This document shows, one piece after another, positions 33,414 to 37,102 of a DNA stretch of 37,102 nucleotides. The notes beneath the pieces were generated by a model that had not been told where the DNA came from, ran no database searches, and saw only the letters and a list, made by a program, of their open reading frames with translations. Each line of letters opens with the position of its first letter. Within the stretch, counting starts at the first letter, position 1. A program made the translations under genes and the position numbers. Source of the DNA: an uncultured Candidatus Saccharibacteria bacterium (lineage in GTDB: Bacteria > Patescibacteriota > Minisyncoccia > Sungbacterales > SURF-37); contig CAYNAP010000002.1 of the NCBI GenBank assembly GCA_964395285.1, positions 1-37,102 on the forward strand, written 5' to 3'.

Positions 33414-33758
33414 CTACTTTACCGCTTTGACAATCTTTTGGAATATTTTCGGTTCGTGCTCGGCAAGATCAGCGAGGATTTTTCTATCCAGCTCGATATT
33501 TTTCTTTTTTAACGCGGCGATAAATTTGCTGTAGCTTAATCCGGCGACGCGGACCCCGGCGTTTATTTTTATGTTCCAAAGACGCCGGAATTCGCGCTTT
33601 TTTCTTTTGCGGTCACGGAACTGATGAGTCCAGGCGTGCAAAAGGGCGTCATGGGCGGCGCGTTCTTTGGATTTGCGCCCCCATTTAAAGCCCTTGGCGT
33701 AGCGCAGGATTTTTCTTCGTCTTTTTATGGCGATTACGCCGCGTTTGACTCTGGTCAT
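33414..33758 (-). CDS. rplT: 50S ribosomal protein L20
   Basis: MTRVKRGVIAIKRRRKILRYAKGFKWGRK... is a typical L20 sequence. Confidence 0.9.
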   Translation of the reverse strand: MTRVKRGVIAIKRRRKILRYAKGFKWGRKSKERAAHDALLHAWTHQFRDRKRKKREFRRLWNIKINAGVRVAGLSYSKFIAALKKKNIELDRKILADLAEHEPKIFQKIVKAVK

Positions 33759-33820
33759 GGTCTAGGACGTTGAATGTGGAATGTGGGGTGTAGAATATTG
33801 CCGCGAGTGGTGAATGAACG

Positions 33821-34003
33821 TTAAATACGGTTCCTGAAGAGTTTGGCGGTTTTGCCGCCAATAGCCAAATGCTCTCCCTTTCTGCGTTGAGAGCGGCGCG
33901 ATTCTTTGGCGTTGAAATGGTTTTGGCCTGATTTTCTGCGGATAAGCTTGCCGCGTTTGGTTACTTTTATTCGCTTTAGGATTGATTTGTTGGGTTTGGG
34001 CAT
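33821..34003 (-). CDS. rpmI: 50S ribosomal protein L35
   Basis: MPKPNKSILKRIKVTKRGKLIRRKSGQNH... is a typical L35 sequence. Confidence 0.9.
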   Translation of the reverse strand: MPKPNKSILKRIKVTKRGKLIRRKSGQNHFNAKESRRSQRRKGEHLAIGGKTAKLFRNRI

Positions 34004-34104
34004 ATGCTTAGAAGCAAATTAAACGCAAGCAGGCGCGCAAGGCGTAAACGCAACTTGCGTCTAGTCTTGCCGTTGCATCGCGTGTCTACTTGTTTCTACC
34101 ATAC

Positions 34105-34605
34105 CTAGGCTTTTTTTAGAATAGCGCTAAGGCCTTGAGGGGTGAATTTAATGTCTTGCTCCAAAGAGTGCCCGGGCACGAGGGCCAGGAATTCCTGAAA
34201 GCGCTGGCGGGCGAAGTCGCGCAGGGATTTTTCCCGGCCGCGCAGCACCATGTCAACTTTTACTTTGTGGCCCTCGTTAAGAAACTCTCCGGATTGCCGG
34301 GCCCGCAACTCCAAGTCGTGCTTCCCGGTTTTGAAACCAATTCTTATCATTTTGACTTCGGAATGCTGTTCTTTGGGCTTGCGTTCCCGTTCTTTACGCG
34401 CTTCCTCGTACTTAAACTTGCCGAAATCCATTATTTTGACCACGGGCGGATTGGCGGTTGGCGCGATTTCTATGACATCGATTTCTTTTTCCTCGGCAAT
34501 TTTAAAGGCCTGTTCCAAAGGCATCTCACCTAAATTCTTGCCCGAGTCGTCAATAGCCCGGACAACAGTTGCGCGTATTTGGTTGTTGATGCGGTAGCGG
34601 CGGAT
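34105..34605 (-). CDS. infC: Translation initiation factor IF-3, probable non-AUG (AUC) start
   Basis: The conserved N-terminal sequence RINNQIRATVVRAIDDSGKNLGEMPLEQA extends 27 codons upstream of the first ATG. The in-frame ATC at 34603-34605 lies 4 nt after the upstream gene's stop codon. Confidence 0.8.
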   Translation of the reverse strand: MRRYRINNQIRATVVRAIDDSGKNLGEMPLEQAFKIAEEKEIDVIEIAPTANPPVVKIMDFGKFKYEEARKERERKPKEQHSEVKMIRIGFKTGKHDLELRARQSGEFLNEGHKVKVDMVLRGREKSLRDFARQRFQEFLALVPGHSLEQDIKFTPQGLSAILKKA

Positions 34606-34609
34606 AGGG

Positions 34610-35038
34610 TTACTCTTTCTTATTTTTATTGAATACTTTCTTAATTAGGCCTTCTGGTCCGAATAAACCGAGGGACAAAATTATAGCTCCAGCCAAATAT
34701 CCACTCAGCGAGAATATTTCATTCATGTACTCATATTTGGAATTTAAGTACGAGCTTAAGAGTATAGCTGCACCTAATAGAGTGACAATCGATGGGCTTA
34801 GGGTTGCTTTAGATACTTGTTGGGATCGTTGTATTCCTCTTTTTCTTCGAATGGTTTGAGTTATTGCTAGTGCTAGAAATACTATTCCGATGGAAAAAGA
34901 AATAAAGATGTATATTCCTGCTTCCAACGCCCCGAAGGTAGCACGAGATTTAGCCGGCAATAAAATAGCTATGAGTGCCGGGATTACTATAAGGAATATT
35001 CCTGTGAAGATATAATAACTTTTTTCGTTTGAGTTCAT
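34610..35038 (-). CDS. Hypothetical 4-TM membrane protein (low GC)
   Basis: 142-aa ORF with hydrophobic segments. A sampled line, 34681-34740, has 22/60 G+C. Confidence 0.5.
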   Translation of the reverse strand: MNSNEKSYYIFTGIFLIVIPALIAILLPAKSRATFGALEAGIYIFISFSIGIVFLALAITQTIRRKRGIQRSQQVSKATLSPSIVTLLGAAILLSSYLNSKYEYMNEIFSLSGYLAGAIILSLGLFGPEGLIKKVFNKNKKE

Positions 35039-35060
35039 TGTTTTGGTTAACTTTTCGATT

Positions 35061-35085
35061 GAGATGGCGGGAGTTGAACCCGCGT
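35061..35085. repeat. 25-bp duplicate of the tmRNA 3' end (att-like)
   Basis: gagatggcgggagttgaacccgcgt is identical to 36045-36069. Confidence 0.9.
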
Positions 35086-35124
35086 TGCTACTTTACTCGG
35101 GGGTCTTGTAAAGTACTTACGGTT

Positions 35125-36000
35125 TTATTTTTCTTTGTAGTATTTAACGAAGGCAGGCGTGTCTTTTTCCTTAGGCATTCTATTTATTTGTACCAGCACT
35201 TTTTTATAGTTATCCAAGAAACCGTAAAAAATGTTGTTGTAACGATCCGTCTTTGTGCGACAAGCCCAAAAATCGTTATAAACTTCGGTTATATCAAAAG
35301 CATCATCGGGGTCGCATTTTTTCTCGACTGTCTGGACTAGCGGTTTAGTGAGAGTGTAAAGCAGAAACATATACTGCTCTTTGGAGTTAGTCGGATTTGA
35401 ATACCCTCCTCCGCCAGAAAGATCAATGTCTTGCGTGTACCAATCCGGTTTGAGAAAGTGCGGGTTCGCGATACCGAAACTTGTTGTTCCAGGTGGGAAC
35501 GCCTCTTTACCCGAAGCGTTTCGCAACGTTTTTATAATGGTGTTTATAGCTAGCCGCGGGTCAATAAAATTTCTTTTGACTTGGTAGGCGCCAGCGAGGA
35601 CGAAAACGACCCAAACGAAAGCGAGCACAAGCTTGAGTTTTAACAGCATCCGAGTATCGCCTCCAGCTCTTTTTCTCAAAAAAGAAGCAGCGAGTCCCCA
35701 ATACATCAGGAACAAGACGATAACCGCTGGCACTCCAGTGATGGCCCAGAAACCGCAGCCTATTTCTTTGCATTTGAGCTGGGAAACAATCGACCACGGT
35801 GAAATGATTACCCACGGCATCGTTCCTTTTGCCGCGGTCAGGGCTATTTCTGAAAATGGTATTTCTTTTATGGCATTAACACTTGTTGCTTCATTATGGA
35901 ACTTATCTAAATCGATGGGATAAAGATCCCACGGAAAAATAAAGTATGTTACCGCAAAGAAGAGGAGAGTAATTAGAAACGACGTAAAAAAAGTTTTCAT
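35125..36000 (-). CDS. Hypothetical membrane protein (low GC), the only gene between the tmRNA-end repeats
   Basis: 291-aa ORF with several TM segments. A sampled line, 35881-35940, has 21/60 G+C. No family recognised. Confidence 0.55.
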   Translation of the reverse strand: MKTFFTSFLITLLFFAVTYFIFPWDLYPIDLDKFHNEATSVNAIKEIPFSEIALTAAKGTMPWVIISPWSIVSQLKCKEIGCGFWAITGVPAVIVLFLMYWGLAASFLRKRAGGDTRMLLKLKLVLAFVWVVFVLAGAYQVKRNFIDPRLAINTIIKTLRNASGKEAFPPGTTSFGIANPHFLKPDWYTQDIDLSGGGGYSNPTNSKEQYMFLLYTLTKPLVQTVEKKCDPDDAFDITEVYNDFWACRTKTDRYNNIFYGFLDNYKKVLVQINRMPKEKDTPAFVKYYKEK

Positions 36001-36039
36001 GGTAGTTATCTATCAGATTGTGGTTCGTGTAAATTGAAC

Positions 36040-36435
36040 TGGTGGAGATGGCGGGAGTTGAACCCGCGTCCAGATCGGTCGAGATTCAAATTTGTACAGG
36101 AATAGTTTGATTGATTTGAAACCAGAAACTTAAATCAAACTAAATATTTCTGATTTTTTCCGGTCTTGGTCGAGCGTCTTACCGGAGTTAGCGCCCCGAG
36201 CCCAAATGGTTGGCACCGCGTTTATCCCTATGGGCGCGGAATAAGGCGATGGCTTACGCTTAAATTTAAACGAAAGCGGGAGCAAAGGAATTAACTCCGA
36301 AAGCCGAAGCTAAAGCTGACTTTGCTTTTGAGAATAAGTTTGCACTTATTTGGTTGCGAGTTTTTAACGAGGTGGCTCAAGCGCCCTCGTCCTGAACTTG
36401 AATCTGTCAATGATCTGTCGAGGCCTGTCATCCCC
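36040..36435 (-). ncRNA. ssrA: tmRNA (SsrA), one-piece, CCA encoded
   Basis: On the minus strand the 5' end reads GGGGAUGACAGGCCUCGAC. The 3' end reads GACGCGGGUUCAACUCCCGCCAUCUCCACCA. The acceptor pairing GGGGAUG/CAUCUCC includes the G3-U pair. A candidate tag reading frame is present, and smpB lies immediately upstream. Confidence 0.9.
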
Positions 36436-36447
36436 GTGTCAGTTTTT

Positions 36448-36497
36448 GAGTTTAATGAGTTGCTGGGTTTTTGTTAACTGCTTAACTCATTAAACTC
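36448..36497. repeat. 14-15 bp perfect hairpin between the smpB stop codon and the tmRNA 5' end
   Basis: gagtttaatgagtt (36448-36461) pairs with aactcattaaactc (36484-36497). The right arm overlaps the last smpB codons. Confidence 0.75.
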
Positions 36498-36954
36498 ACA
36501 AACTCGTTAAACTGTCTCTCATTGCCCGTTCCGTTTTGCGCCTATCCTCCCGCTCTCTAATTTTTTCTCGCTTGTCGTACTTTTTCTTGTGACGGGCCAA
36601 ACCGAATTCCAGTTTGATTCGCGGGCCTTTATTATACATCCTTAGAGGCACCAAAGTCAAGCCCTTCTGGGCCGACTTGCCGATCAGCTCTTTTATCTCC
36701 GATTTATGCAAAAGGAGTTTACGCGAACGAGTTGGCTCGTAACTGGGTGGCGTGTTGGCGGCCTGATAGGGCGATATGGTGGCGCCAAGAAGGAAGGCCT
36801 CCCCATTCTTTATGATCACAAAAGAACCGGCGAGACTAACCTGCCCGTTTTTTGCAGATTTGACCTCAAAGCCAAAAAGCTCGATGCCGGCTTCATGGGT
36901 TTCGAGTAAGTCGTAGTCGAAAGTCGCTCGGCGGTTGACGGCAAATATGGTCAT
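36496..36954 (-). CDS. smpB: SsrA-binding protein SmpB
   Basis: Contains NRRATFDYDLLETHEAGIELFGFEVKS and the basic C-terminal tail KKKYDKREKIRERE. The start was taken at ATG 36954 (MTIFAV). Confidence 0.9.
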   Translation of the reverse strand: MTIFAVNRRATFDYDLLETHEAGIELFGFEVKSAKNGQVSLAGSFVIIKNGEAFLLGATISPYQAANTPPSYEPTRSRKLLLHKSEIKELIGKSAQKGLTLVPLRMYNKGPRIKLEFGLARHKKKYDKREKIREREDRRKTERAMRDSLTSL

Positions 36955-37102
36955 CCTATACTTAAAGTAGCAGTTAAGTTGCTTTTCGTCATTAGAGGAT
37001 CGAAGGCAAAGATAAGGAGGGATCAGACATGGCAATGTCAAGAGACGCTTGGGGCGATCCGAGCTCCAACCAGGCGCCGCGCAGAACTTTGAATTTTTAT
37101 AC

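Noticed and set aside
35055-35140. A possible tRNA gene on the minus strand, because of the T-arm-like gcgggttcaactcccgc.
   Set aside because: No matching 5' acceptor strand, D-arm or anticodon arm is present upstream. It is a partial copy of the tmRNA 3' end.

Overview
This is a gene-dense, mostly housekeeping window. By inference only, from gene content and protein families, it looks like a small-genome Patescibacteria/CPR-like bacterium using the standard genetic code.

Recognisable genes:
- Replication and repair: holA, uvrB, ruvA, PolX-PHP, family-4 UDG, a Nudix hydrolase and an MGMT-like protein.
- Cell wall: a FemX-like transferase and murE.
- Translation: rpsT, the infC-rpmI-rplT operon, smpB plus tmRNA, and tRNA-Arg(CCG).
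- Transport and membrane: a metal ABC transporter pair, DedA, a half-size MFS protein, and a frameshifted amino-acid permease.
- Toxin-antitoxin: two tandem MNT/HEPN pairs.
- Surface proteins: a fibre-like protein and a two-module DUF2341-LamG protein.
- Several orphan proteins.

The non-standard content is mostly nucleic-acid level:
1. A 1.4-kb gene-poor, GC-rich, hairpin-dense locus sits upstream of tRNA-Arg. It is driven by an exact TTGACA-17-TATAAT promoter and contains one orphan ORF with a Shine-Dalgarno site and an intrinsic terminator. This is my top candidate for something undescribed.
2. A RAYT/IS200-like Y1 transposase is embedded in a cluster of REP-like palindromes, one of which lies in-frame inside the transposase gene itself.
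3. A family of 64-71 nt palindromic elements is built from CGAAT/ATTCG units. One copy is an exact 22-codon in-frame insertion in UvrB.
4. Heptamer microsatellites occur in intergenic DNA and in-frame inside murE and polX.
5. A four-helix-bundle (23S-IVS protein/Avd-like) gene is enclosed by a ~52-bp inverted repeat.
6. A 25-bp duplicate of the tmRNA 3' end brackets a low-GC, single-gene mini-island.
7. A 501-bp perfect intragenic direct repeat lies in the LamG gene.

No CRISPR array, reverse transcriptase, integrase or rRNA was seen.
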